64,000 bases of DNA from Thermoguttaceae bacterium (GCA_035527455.1 DATLAN010000080.1:1425-65424); one strand, 5' to 3'. Positions 19,787-27,577 are shown, counted from the stretch's first letter. Translations and numbers: made by a program. The notes: generated from the letters alone by a model not told the origin.

Positions 19787-19839
19787 GCCCTTCGTTCCTC
19801 AGGGCGTGCCACCCAATTGGGCAAGTCGTTTCTGCGCGG
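19738..19839. repeat. REPIN-like nested palindrome, family A, copy 1 (loop type 1, with AATTGG..TTTCTGCGCGG tail)
   Basis: GGGTGGCACGCCCcGAGGAACGAAGGGCGTGG-AAAACCCGCCAAA-CCACGCCCTTCGTTCCTCAGGGCGTGCCACCC. The stem is ~30 bp and each arm is self-complementary (CACGCCCT..AGGGCGTG). Confidence 0.9.
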
Positions 19840-19843
19840 GACT

Positions 19844-21811
19844 CTACTTCCTCTTCTTTGCCGTCTTTCGATGCGGCCGGTAGCCGGGGGCGGCTTTCTT
19901 GCCCTTGGATCTTTGCGCACATTGCCGCGAACGCTTGCTCTCGAAGACCCCGCTCCCCCGCCGGGCAGGGATGAGGCAATCCGGGCCCTCGCCGATCAGA
20001 TCCAGCCGGTTGGCCTGGGCCAACGCCCGGTGGACGTCGTCGTAGTTCTCCGGCTTCCAGTATTGCAGCAACGCCCGTTGCAGCCGCCGCTCCCGGGCAC
20101 CCTTGGGGACATGGACCGGCTCGCCGCTGATCGGGTCGATGCCCGTGTGGTACATACACGTGGCGACGTCCATCGGAGCGGGGATGAAGTCTTGGACCTT
20201 CTCGGGCCGGTAGCCGTGGCGCTTCAGGTACAACGCCAACGAGATCATCGCCGGCAGGTCGCAGCCCGGGTGGCCCGCCAGAAAATAGGGCACCAGGTAT
20301 TGCTCCTTGTCCGCCGACGCCGACTCGCGGCGGAACTTCTCGGCGAACTGCTCGAACTGCTCGATCGGCGGCTTTTTCATCCGCCGCAACACCTCCGCCT
20401 CGCAGTGCTCCGGGGCGACCTTCAGCAGCCCGCCGACGTGGTGCCGGGCGAGGTGGCTGATGTAGGCCGTGCTCCGGTTGGCCAGGTCCATGCGGACGCC
20501 CGAGGCCACCAGCACCCGCTTGACGCCCTTCTCACGCCGGGCGGCCTTCATCAGCTCGATCAGCGGGCCGTGGTCGGTTCGCAGCAGTTTGCAGATGCTC
20601 GGGTGGATGCAGCTCAGCCGCCGGCACTTCCGGCGGATTTCCGGCCGGCCGCAGTTCATCGCGTACATGTTGGCCGTCGGCCCGCCGACGTCGCTGATCG
20701 TGCCGGTGGAGTCCGCCGCTTCGACCACGCGGCGGATTTCGCCCAGGATCGACGCCTGGCTGCGGCTTTGGATGACGCGGCCCTGATGGAGCGTCAGCGA
20801 ACAGAACGTGCAGCCGCCGAAGCAGCCGCGCATGATCTGGATCGAATTCTTGACCACCTCGAAAGCCGGGATCCGCTGCTTGCCGTAACTGGGATGCGGC
20901 CGACGCGTCAACGGCAGCCCGTAGATCCGGTCCATCTCCGGCTGCGACAGCGGCCAGGCCGGCGGATTGACCACCACCGCCTCGCGATCGTGGAACTGGA
21001 CCAGCCGCCGGGCGTTGTCCGGGTTGGTTTCCCGGTGGATGATCCGCGTCATCTCGGCGAACGCCCGCTTGTCGGTCGAGACCTCTTCGTAGCTGGACAG
21101 CGTGATGGTCTCGACACGGTCGCCTTTGGAGACGCCTCCCACAGTTTGGTCGGGCAGGCTTTCGCTGGCTCCCAGGCGGTAGACCACGCCGCGGATATCG
21201 CGCAGGTCGGCGAGCGACGCGCCGCCGCGGAGCCGCCGGACGATCTCCAGCAGCGGTTGCTCGCCCATGCCGTAAACGACCAGATCGGCCTTGGCGTCGA
21301 GAATGATCGCCCGGCGGACCTTGTCGCTCCAATAGTCGTAATGGGCCAGCCGCCGCATGCTGGCCTCGACGCCGCCGGCCACGACGGGCACGTCGGCAAA
21401 GGCCTCGCGGGCCCTCTGGCAATAGGCCAACGTGGCCCGATCCGGCCGCCGCCCGATCCGTCCGCCCGGGCTGTAGGCGTCGTCGTTACGGACCTTCCGG
21501 TTGGCCGTGTAGTGGTTGATCATCGAGTCCATGTTTCCGGCACTAATGGCGAAGCACAGCCGCGGCCGGCCGAAGGTCCTCCAGGCATCGCAAGAACGCC
21601 AATCGGGCTGGCTGAGCACGGCGACCCGAAAACCCTCGGCCTCGAGCACCCGCCCCAACAACGCCATGGCGAAGCTGGGATGATCCACATAGGCGTCGCC
21701 GGTGACGAACACCACGTCCACAGCGTCCCAGCCCCGCGCCGCGACCTCCTCGGCGGTCATCGGCAGGGGGGGATCTGGGGGGGATTTCGAGTTTTCAGGA
21801 GAACTTGGCAT
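19844..21811 (-). CDS. ygiQ: YgiQ-family (UPF0313) radical SAM protein
   Basis: 655-aa ORF. N-terminal VDVVFVTGDAYVDHPSFAMALLGRVLEAEGFRV is typical of YgiQ. Radical-SAM cluster motif GCFGGCTFC (CX3CX2C). Confidence 0.92.
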   Translation of the reverse strand: MPSSPENSKSPPDPPLPMTAEEVAARGWDAVDVVFVTGDAYVDHPSFAMALLGRVLEAEGFRVAVLSQPDWRSCDAWRTFGRPRLCFAISAGNMDSMINHYTANRKVRNDDAYSPGGRIGRRPDRATLAYCQRAREAFADVPVVAGGVEASMRRLAHYDYWSDKVRRAIILDAKADLVVYGMGEQPLLEIVRRLRGGASLADLRDIRGVVYRLGASESLPDQTVGGVSKGDRVETITLSSYEEVSTDKRAFAEMTRIIHRETNPDNARRLVQFHDREAVVVNPPAWPLSQPEMDRIYGLPLTRRPHPSYGKQRIPAFEVVKNSIQIMRGCFGGCTFCSLTLHQGRVIQSRSQASILGEIRRVVEAADSTGTISDVGGPTANMYAMNCGRPEIRRKCRRLSCIHPSICKLLRTDHGPLIELMKAARREKGVKRVLVASGVRMDLANRSTAYISHLARHHVGGLLKVAPEHCEAEVLRRMKKPPIEQFEQFAEKFRRESASADKEQYLVPYFLAGHPGCDLPAMISLALYLKRHGYRPEKVQDFIPAPMDVATCMYHTGIDPISGEPVHVPKGARERRLQRALLQYWKPENYDDVHRALAQANRLDLIGEGPDCLIPARRGSGVFESKRSRQCAQRSKGKKAAPGYRPHRKTAKKRK

Positions 21812-21917
21812 GATTCGACGGATTCAAAGCACAGAACGACGAACATGTCATTCTACCCGCTCGCCCAAATACCCAGTACACCTCCGATGCGGGTGCGGTC
21901 GCGTAGCTGGACTGGCA

Positions 21918-21946
21918 TTGACCCCGCTGGGGGGGCGTGCTATGAT
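21918..21946 (+). promoter_or_regulatory. Sigma-70-like promoter candidate for the heptosyltransferase gene
   Basis: TTGACC (21918..21923), 17-nt spacer, TATGAT (21941..21946), 46 nt upstream of ATG 21992. AAGGA lies before the start. Confidence 0.5.
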
Positions 21947-21991
21947 TCGGGCCCGTAGACGGAACTTGGCGAAAGGCAAGGATGGCCGGCC

Positions 21992-23044
21992 ATGAAGTCC
22001 GAATCGACACTTTCGCGTCGCTCTCCCCGTATTCTGATCGTCCGGCTCAGCGCGATCGGCGACGTGATCCAGCAGATGCCCGTCGCCTGTGCCCTGAGGG
22101 AACACCTGCCCGAGGCGTTTCTGGCCTGGGCCGTCGAGGCCCGGGCGGCCACACTGCTGCGGGGACATCGGGCACTGGACGAGCTGATCGAGTTGCCGCG
22201 GGGATGGCTCAAGTCGCCGCGGACCGTGTGGCGGCTCCGCCGGCAACTGCGGGCGATGGAGTTCGACGTGGTTCTCGAAGCCCAAGGACTGACCAAGTCC
22301 GCACTGCTGGGGCGGCTGTCGGGGGCGAAGCGTCGGATCGGCTACGACAAACCGCGAGGCCGCGAGTTGAGCCGGTGGTTGAACACCCAACTGCTGGAAG
22401 CCACCGCCGAACACGTGGTCGATGCCAACCTGGAGCTGCTGCGTCCGCTGGGGATCGAAAGGCCGGCCGTACGTTTCGACGTGCCCGAGCTGCCGGCCGA
22501 TCGTGCGTCGGCCGAGGAGATGATCCGACAGGCTGGGCTGGATGGCGGCTTTGCGTTGATCAACCCGGGGGCGGGCTGGCCCTCGAAGATCTGGCCGGCC
22601 GAGCGACACGCCGCCGTGGCCCGATACCTGGGCCAGCGGCGGGGCTTGCCGAGCATGGTCCTTTGGGCCGGCGAGGAAGAACGCACGCTGGCCGAGCGGA
22701 TCGTGTCCCAGTCCGACCGGCACGCGCAGACGGCGCCGGCGACCTCGCTCGCGGAAGTGGCCGCCCTGTCGCGCCGCTGCCGGTTGTTCATCGGCTCGGA
22801 CACCGGCCCGCTGCACCTGGCCGCGGCCGTCGCAGCGCCGTGCGTGGGGCTCTACGGTCCCTGGCCGGCCAGGAAGCACGGACCCTACGGCCCGCAGCAC
22901 GTCGTGCTGCAGAAGATGTACATCGAGGGCTCCACCAAACAGCGGCGAAACGCCTCGCCGAAGTACATGGAAGCGATCACGGTGGAGATGGTCACGCAGG
23001 CCTGCGAGACGATCTTGGGGCGGAGCGATCGGGAAGCGGCGTGA
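21992..23044 (+). CDS. Glycosyltransferase family 9 (LPS heptosyltransferase-like)
   Basis: 350-aa ORF with RILIVRLSAIGDVI.., INPGAGWPSKIWP and FIGSDTGPLHLAAA, all typical of GT9 (WaaC/WaaF type). Confidence 0.9.
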   Translation: MKSESTLSRRSPRILIVRLSAIGDVIQQMPVACALREHLPEAFLAWAVEARAATLLRGHRALDELIELPRGWLKSPRTVWRLRRQLRAMEFDVVLEAQGLTKSALLGRLSGAKRRIGYDKPRGRELSRWLNTQLLEATAEHVVDANLELLRPLGIERPAVRFDVPELPADRASAEEMIRQAGLDGGFALINPGAGWPSKIWPAERHAAVARYLGQRRGLPSMVLWAGEEERTLAERIVSQSDRHAQTAPATSLAEVAALSRRCRLFIGSDTGPLHLAAAVAAPCVGLYGPWPARKHGPYGPQHVVLQKMYIEGSTKQRRNASPKYMEAITVEMVTQACETILGRSDREAA

Positions 23045-23051
23045 GAAGAGA

Positions 23052-23088
23052 GTTTTCAGTTTTCAGTTGTCAGTTATCAGTTTTCAGT
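23052..23088. repeat. Heptamer tandem array (GTTKTCA)x5
   Basis: GTTTTCA GTTTTCA GTTGTCA GTTATCA GTTTTCA, starting 8 nt after the GT9 stop. Confidence 0.9.
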
Positions 23089-23100
23089 GAGCGTGTTGTG

Positions 23101-23218
23101 CAGGGAAGTACCGGTGCCTCTTCTCTGTCGCCGGACGGGTCAAATCGTTGAATAACGCTGTGCCTTGTCGGAAACCCACCAACAGAGAAGAGGCACCGGT
23201 ACTTCCGCTGTGTGGTCG
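23101..23218. repeat. MITE-like ~118-bp element, family C, copy 2
   Basis: GGGAAGTACCGGTGCCTCTTCTCTGT ... ACAGAGAAGAGGCACCGGTACTTCC are 25-bp terminal inverted repeats. Homologous to 1844..1961. Confidence 0.8.
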
Positions 23219-23377
23219 GCTGTCTCACCCAATTCGAGACACCCCCCCACTGTGCGTCTTAGATAATGCGGGCCTTAGCATCTTGCCCCAGGGAGACGGC
23301 TACCGGGCAGTGATTCCCAAGTCCCGCGCAACTTCACGAGTCATCCTCGGCTGTGCACGATGACCACAACCGAAAGA

Positions 23378-23414
23378 CTGACAACTGAAAACTGAAAACT
23401 GACAACTGAAAACT
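23378..23414. repeat. Heptamer tandem array (CTGAMAA)x5, reverse-complement orientation of 23052..23088
   Basis: CTGACAA CTGAAAA CTGAAAA CTGACAA CTGAAAA CT, ending 4 nt before the DUF4254 stop codon. Confidence 0.9.
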
Positions 23415-23417
23415 CCC

Positions 23418-24023
23418 TCACGCGGCCGGTGTCTCGCGAGACTGATAAAGACAGGGATTCATCGTCGGGTCGTTGTACATCTTGAACTGCCGATAGACCT
23501 TCAACCGTTTGCGGCCGGCGAACAGGTCCTCGATCAGTTCGCCCAGCGCGTTGGACAGATCGGCGCGCTGCTGGTGGAGCACTTCCAGCTTGGCCCCTGC
23601 CTTCGCCCGATGGTGCTCGTCGGCGTCGGCACGCTGGGTCTGTTCCTCCATGTGATAGATCCTAAGCGCCAGGATCGAAAGCCGATCGATGACGCTGCCG
23701 GGCGTTTCGGTGTTCAGCCGGGCGTCCGGTTGCCGCTGCACGCCGGCGGCGGTCAACTCGTGGATCAGGCACTCGTCCAACCGCTCGATCAGGTCGTTCC
23801 GCTGCTGGTTGAGCCGGTCGATGTTGCGTTTCACCTGGGCAAGCTCGGCATCGGCCACGTCCGGGCTGCGGGCGACGTCCTCTTGATGCCAGAGGCGATA
23901 GTTCTGCTGGTGCTGCCGGCAGACGAACAGGAGAAAACCCTCGTAGTGGTTGTCGACGTCGTACTGGTGCCATCGCCGGACCGTCGCCCTGTGCAGTTCG
24001 GTGATTGCGTCCACATCGATCAT
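23418..24023 (-). CDS. DUF4254-domain protein
   Basis: 201-aa ORF with LWHQEDVAR..NIDRLNQQRNDLIERLD..SVIDRLSILALRIYH, which I recognise as DUF4254. This family commonly sits next to heptosyltransferases. Confidence 0.8.
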   Translation of the reverse strand: MIDVDAITELHRATVRRWHQYDVDNHYEGFLLFVCRQHQQNYRLWHQEDVARSPDVADAELAQVKRNIDRLNQQRNDLIERLDECLIHELTAAGVQRQPDARLNTETPGSVIDRLSILALRIYHMEEQTQRADADEHHRAKAGAKLEVLHQQRADLSNALGELIEDLFAGRKRLKVYRQFKMYNDPTMNPCLYQSRETPAA

Positions 24024-24049
24024 TTGGAGCCTCGCGCTGGGAAGGGAGA

Positions 24050-24067
24050 GTTGTCAGTTGTCAGTTC
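24050..24067. repeat. Heptamer array (GTTGTCA)x2.5
   Basis: GTTGTCAGTTGTCAGTTC, 27 nt upstream of the DUF4254 start codon. Confidence 0.75.
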
Positions 24068-24304
24068 TGGACTGAGGGAGCCGTTGGCAAGGATGCAGCA
24101 GAATGAGGGAAGAATAGCGGGTTTGGCGGCTTGCGACAACAGGAATCGGCCGCGACGTGAACGTGATGAAAGGTCTCACTCATACGGTTGCCGATTTACC
24201 CCTCTTTGTGCTGCATTGCTTCCCGGTTGCTGTTGTCCGGTTCGGCTCCTTCGACTATCCTCTCGCGGTCCGGCCGAGCGTGAACATGGCACCCGCGCAA
24301 GAAC

Positions 24305-24340
24305 CGACAACTGTCAACTGACAACTGAAAACTGTCAACT
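24305..24340. repeat. Heptamer array (CTGWMAA)x5
   Basis: CGACAA CTGTCAA CTGACAA CTGAAAA CTGTCAA CT, ending 17 nt upstream of GTG 24357. Confidence 0.85.
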
Positions 24341-24356
24341 CCCGGAGACCCAGCCC

Positions 24357-25391
24357 GTGTCAAATCGCGGCCTTACGGCGGAACCGATCGAGCGCGAGCA
24401 GTCATGCGACTTGTGCTTGGGCAAGCTCTTCGAAGTCATTTCCCGCCGCGACCGGCGCGGGAACAATCTGACGACGGTCGTTTGCGCCCGTTGCGGCCTG
24501 GTATCCCACCTGCAGATTCCCACCGACGAGCAGTTGGCGAATTACTACGGCAAATCGTACCGCCACGACTATCACGGAGAAATCGCCCCCTCCCCGCGTC
24601 GGGTCATTCGGGCGTGGAACACGGGGCAGGCCATCTTTCGACGCGTCCACGGCTTCCTGCGGCCGGGCGATCGGGTGTTCGAGGTGGGCGCCGGAATCGG
24701 ATGCACCGTCAAGGCCTTCGAACTGGCCGGTTACGACGCCTCGGGCATCGAGCCGGGCGAAGGGTTCCACGCGTTCTCCCAACGCCGGCTGCACGCCCGG
24801 GTCGAAAACCGGATGCTCGGCGAGGTCCCGCGCTGCCCGACGTACGACTTCGTCTTGCTGGTGCACGTCATCGAGCACTTCCATTCTCCCGGCCGTGCGC
24901 TGCGGCATATCCACGATATCCTGGCACCGGGCGGGCGGCTCTACGTGGCCTGCCCGAATCTCGGCGCCCCGCACGCCGCACCGGGAAACCTGTTCCACTT
25001 CGCCCACGTCTACAACTTCACCCATCGCACGCTGACGATGCTGGGGCGGGCCTGTGGTTTTCGGACCGTCCGCCGCCTTTCGCCCAACAACGACCGGGAC
25101 CTGATGATGGTCTTCGAGCGCCAAGACGAAGGACACCTGCAGATCGATCCCGAAGGCTACCCGGAGACGATGCGAGCGATCACGCGGTACAACGTGCTGA
25201 GCTATCACCTCCGGCCGCGATATTGGGCGCAGCGCGGGCGAACCGTGATTCAGCACCTGTCCGAGCGGGTGCGGTCGCAGCGGCGTCTCGAGCGGATCGT
25301 GGCACTCTGCGACGAGCACCGGCGACAGGCCCAGGTTTGCAGTACCTCCGAGGGGGTAGAGTTCTCGCCCGACCGACGCCTGGCAGGATAG
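24357..25391 (+). CDS. Class I SAM-dependent methyltransferase with N-terminal 4-Cys zinc ribbon
   Basis: Trimmed from ORF 23574..25391 to GTG 24357 (in frame, GGAG 10 nt upstream). Contains CDLC..CARC, VFEVGAGIGCT (motif I) and LVHVIEHF. Confidence 0.82.
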   Translation: MSNRGLTAEPIEREQSCDLCLGKLFEVISRRDRRGNNLTTVVCARCGLVSHLQIPTDEQLANYYGKSYRHDYHGEIAPSPRRVIRAWNTGQAIFRRVHGFLRPGDRVFEVGAGIGCTVKAFELAGYDASGIEPGEGFHAFSQRRLHARVENRMLGEVPRCPTYDFVLLVHVIEHFHSPGRALRHIHDILAPGGRLYVACPNLGAPHAAPGNLFHFAHVYNFTHRTLTMLGRACGFRTVRRLSPNNDRDLMMVFERQDEGHLQIDPEGYPETMRAITRYNVLSYHLRPRYWAQRGRTVIQHLSERVRSQRRLERIVALCDEHRRQAQVCSTSEGVEFSPDRRLAG

Positions 25392-25489
25392 CGAGATGCG
25401 GTGCTCAAGGAGAAATGGAAAAGCCGGGCGGGTGTCGCCCCGTTAGCCCTACTGCGGGGCACCAAGCCCCATCAACGGGGTGCAATGCG

Positions 25490-25596
25490 CTGGCAATGGG
25501 GTGGCACGCCCTGGCAATGGGGTGGCACGCCCTGAGGAACGAAGGGCGTGAAAAACCTGCCGAACCACGCCCTTCGTTCCTCAGGGCGTGCCACCC
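25490..25596. repeat. Family A repeat, copy 2 (loop type 1) with a 21-bp tandem duplication of its left end
   Basis: CTGGCAATGGGGTGGCACGCC occurs twice (25490..25510, 25511..25531). The full palindrome follows, with loop AAAAACCTGCCGAA. Confidence 0.9.
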
Positions 25597-25662
25597 TCGC
25601 CAAAAAAGTGTACAAGTCATTCTTGTTATTCTTGCGCGAACACCAGGCTTGCACTTGTAGCC

Positions 25663-26640
25663 GTGAAACGCCAGCCCTCGAAACCGACCCGCAAACTCTC
25701 GCTCCAAGCGGTGTTCCTCACCGTCGTGGTCGCGGTTTGTTGCGCCACCTTCGGCTACATGCTGTTCGCTCGTTCGGCCGTGATGCGGCTGGAGGATATC
25801 CCGTTCAACGGAGCCCGGGCGTACGAGTACCTCGAGCGGCTCTGCGAAATCGGCCCGCGTCCCAGCGGATCGGCCGGCATGAAGCGGCAGCAGGACCTGC
25901 TGGCGGAGCATTTTCGCGAGTTGGGCGGGCAGGTGGAGTTTCAGCGGTTCGAGTACGAACACCCGCTGGACGGCTCGCCGGTCGAGATTGCCAACTTGAT
26001 CGTCCGTTGGCATCCCGAGCGGACCGAGCGGATCCTGCTCTGTGCCCATTACGACACGTTGCCCTACCCGATGCTCGATCGCATGGATCCCCGGGGGAAG
26101 TTCGTCGGCGCTAACGACAACGCCAGCGGGGTGGCCTTGTTGATGGAACTGGCCCACGATGTGCCGGAGTTGGATTGTCGCTACGGGATCGATTTCGTGT
26201 TGTTCGACGCCGAGGAGTTCATCTTCGACCACGGCGGCCGGTTCTTCGTCGGCTCGGAGCATTTCGCCCGGGCGTACGCCGACGATCCGCCGCCGTATCG
26301 CTATCGGTGGGGCGTGCTGCTGGACATGGTCGGCGACGCGAACTTGCAGCTCTATCAGGAGAGCTTCAGTATGGGCTGGGAGGACACGCGACCCCTGGTC
26401 GAGCAAATCTGGTCGACGGCCGAGCGGCTGGGGGTCCGTGACTTCATCCCGCGGACGAAGCACGAGGTGCTCGACGACCATACGAAACTGCACGATATCG
26501 CGGGCATTCCCTGCTGCGACGTGATCGATTTCGACTATTCCCCCTGGCACACGCGAGCCGATACGCCCGCGCGTTGTTCGGCCCTAAGCCTGGCCAAGGT
26601 CGGCTGGGTGGTCCGGGAGTGGTTGAAGACGGTTCGGTAG
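25663..26640 (+). CDS. M28-family metallopeptidase (glutaminyl-cyclase/aminopeptidase-like), membrane anchored
   Basis: ORF 25588..26640; its first 25 codons lie in the repeat, so GTG 25663 is preferred. One TM segment (AVFLTVVVAVCCATFGYMLF). M28 motifs CAHYDT, NDNASGVALLMELA and FDAEE. Confidence 0.82.
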   Translation: MKRQPSKPTRKLSLQAVFLTVVVAVCCATFGYMLFARSAVMRLEDIPFNGARAYEYLERLCEIGPRPSGSAGMKRQQDLLAEHFRELGGQVEFQRFEYEHPLDGSPVEIANLIVRWHPERTERILLCAHYDTLPYPMLDRMDPRGKFVGANDNASGVALLMELAHDVPELDCRYGIDFVLFDAEEFIFDHGGRFFVGSEHFARAYADDPPPYRYRWGVLLDMVGDANLQLYQESFSMGWEDTRPLVEQIWSTAERLGVRDFIPRTKHEVLDDHTKLHDIAGIPCCDVIDFDYSPWHTRADTPARCSALSLAKVGWVVREWLKTVR

Positions 26641-26643
26641 GCA

Positions 26644-26699
26644 GTGGGTAGTGGGTAGTGGGTAGTGGGTAGTGGGTAGTGGGTAGTGGGTGGTGGGTG
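26644..26699. repeat. Heptamer tandem array (GTGGGTA)x6 + (GTGGGTG)x2
   Basis: Read directly; starts 4 nt after the M28 stop codon. Confidence 0.95.
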
Positions 26700-26910
26700 G
26701 TTAGTGATGTGTGGTTGATGGGAATTGGCGGGGACGGTGGTTGCTGGAACCAACGCCCGCCGACTGCGTTCGGCGGGGTTAGCCGTCATTACCTTCTCAC
26801 CAGGAACAGCAGCTTGCTCGAGTCAGAGCGGTTGGCAACAATACAACCGCCGCTGCGATGAACATCGCCCCGATTGGCTTCGGCCATGCCGCGCCGAGCA
26901 ATCGGTCGTC

Positions 26911-26943
26911 AATCTGAAATCTGAAATCTGAAATCTGAAATCC
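26911..26943. repeat. Heptamer tandem array (AATCTGA)x4.7
   Basis: Read directly; ends 3 nt before ATG 26947, so it occupies the position where an RBS would be. Confidence 0.95.
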
Positions 26944-26946
26944 CCC

Positions 26947-27402
26947 ATGAACATCTGGACATCCGCACTCGTTTCGTCGTTCCTGTTGCTCTGCGCGTTG
27001 GGGTTGATGGCGATGCACGTGCGCACGTGGCGTCTGGCCCGGGCGGGAAAACCCGAAGCCGAGGAACTCGACTACCGCTACCGCCAGTTCCGCCGGCGGA
27101 TACAGAGCAGCGCGTTGCTGGGTTTGATGGCGGCGGCCATTTTCGCCGGCCAGTGGATCCCGGTGGGAAGGGTTCTGTTGACGTGTTTTTTCTGGGGCGG
27201 GGTGCTGTTGGGATTGTGCTGGGTGGGCCTGTTGGCGTTGGCCGACATCTGGGCGACCAAGCACTACTTCGGCCGGCTGCGGCAGACGTACGTCATCGAG
27301 CAAGCCAAACTGCACGCGCAGGCCCGGCGTATTCAGGCCGCCCGAGGCAACGGCAAGGCCGCCCGCAAATCGGACTCCTCACCCGACGACCCGGGGGAAT
27401 AG
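26947..27402 (+). CDS. Small integral membrane protein (3-4 TM), function unknown
   Basis: 151-aa ORF with hydrophobic segments (ALVSSFLLLCALGLMAM, ALLGLMAAAIFAG, LLTCFFWGGVLLGLCWVGLLALA) and a basic/coiled C-terminal tail. Confidence 0.65.
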   Translation: MNIWTSALVSSFLLLCALGLMAMHVRTWRLARAGKPEAEELDYRYRQFRRRIQSSALLGLMAAAIFAGQWIPVGRVLLTCFFWGGVLLGLCWVGLLALADIWATKHYFGRLRQTYVIEQAKLHAQARRIQAARGNGKAARKSDSSPDDPGE

Positions 27403-27438
27403 ACGCCCGGCTGGAGCCCTGGTAGAATGGGTCGGTTG

Positions 27439-27547
27439 GTAGGTCAGGGCTTGCCCTGACAAGACTTGGTAGTTTTTGGGCCACCACCGGGCTTGTCCCG
27501 AATGGCAGGTGGTTTGCTCGATTTCGTCAGGGCAAGCCCTGACCTAC
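27439..27547. repeat. REPIN-like element, family D, copy 2
   Basis: GTAGGTCAGGGCTTGCCCTGAC ...65 nt... GTCAGGGCAAGCCCTGACCTAC. Each arm is an 8-bp-stem hairpin (GTCAGGGC-TT-GCCCTGAC). Confidence 0.88.
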
Positions 27548-27577
27548 GTGATTGATGACACCGCGGGAACGGTGCGG

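Noticed and set aside
19350-20159. Small ORFs translated from the repeats themselves, for example peptides containing WHALRNEGRG or HALRSSGRATL at each family A copy.
   Set aside because: The same peptide appears at every copy in either orientation because the DNA is palindromic. It is a by-product of the repeat, not a gene family.
25490-25596. Whether the recurring palindromes with intervening 'spacers' could be a CRISPR array.
   Set aside because: Each locus has only two inverted arms (not direct repeats), and copies are scattered 5-15 kb apart. No cas genes are present and there is no regular repeat-spacer periodicity.
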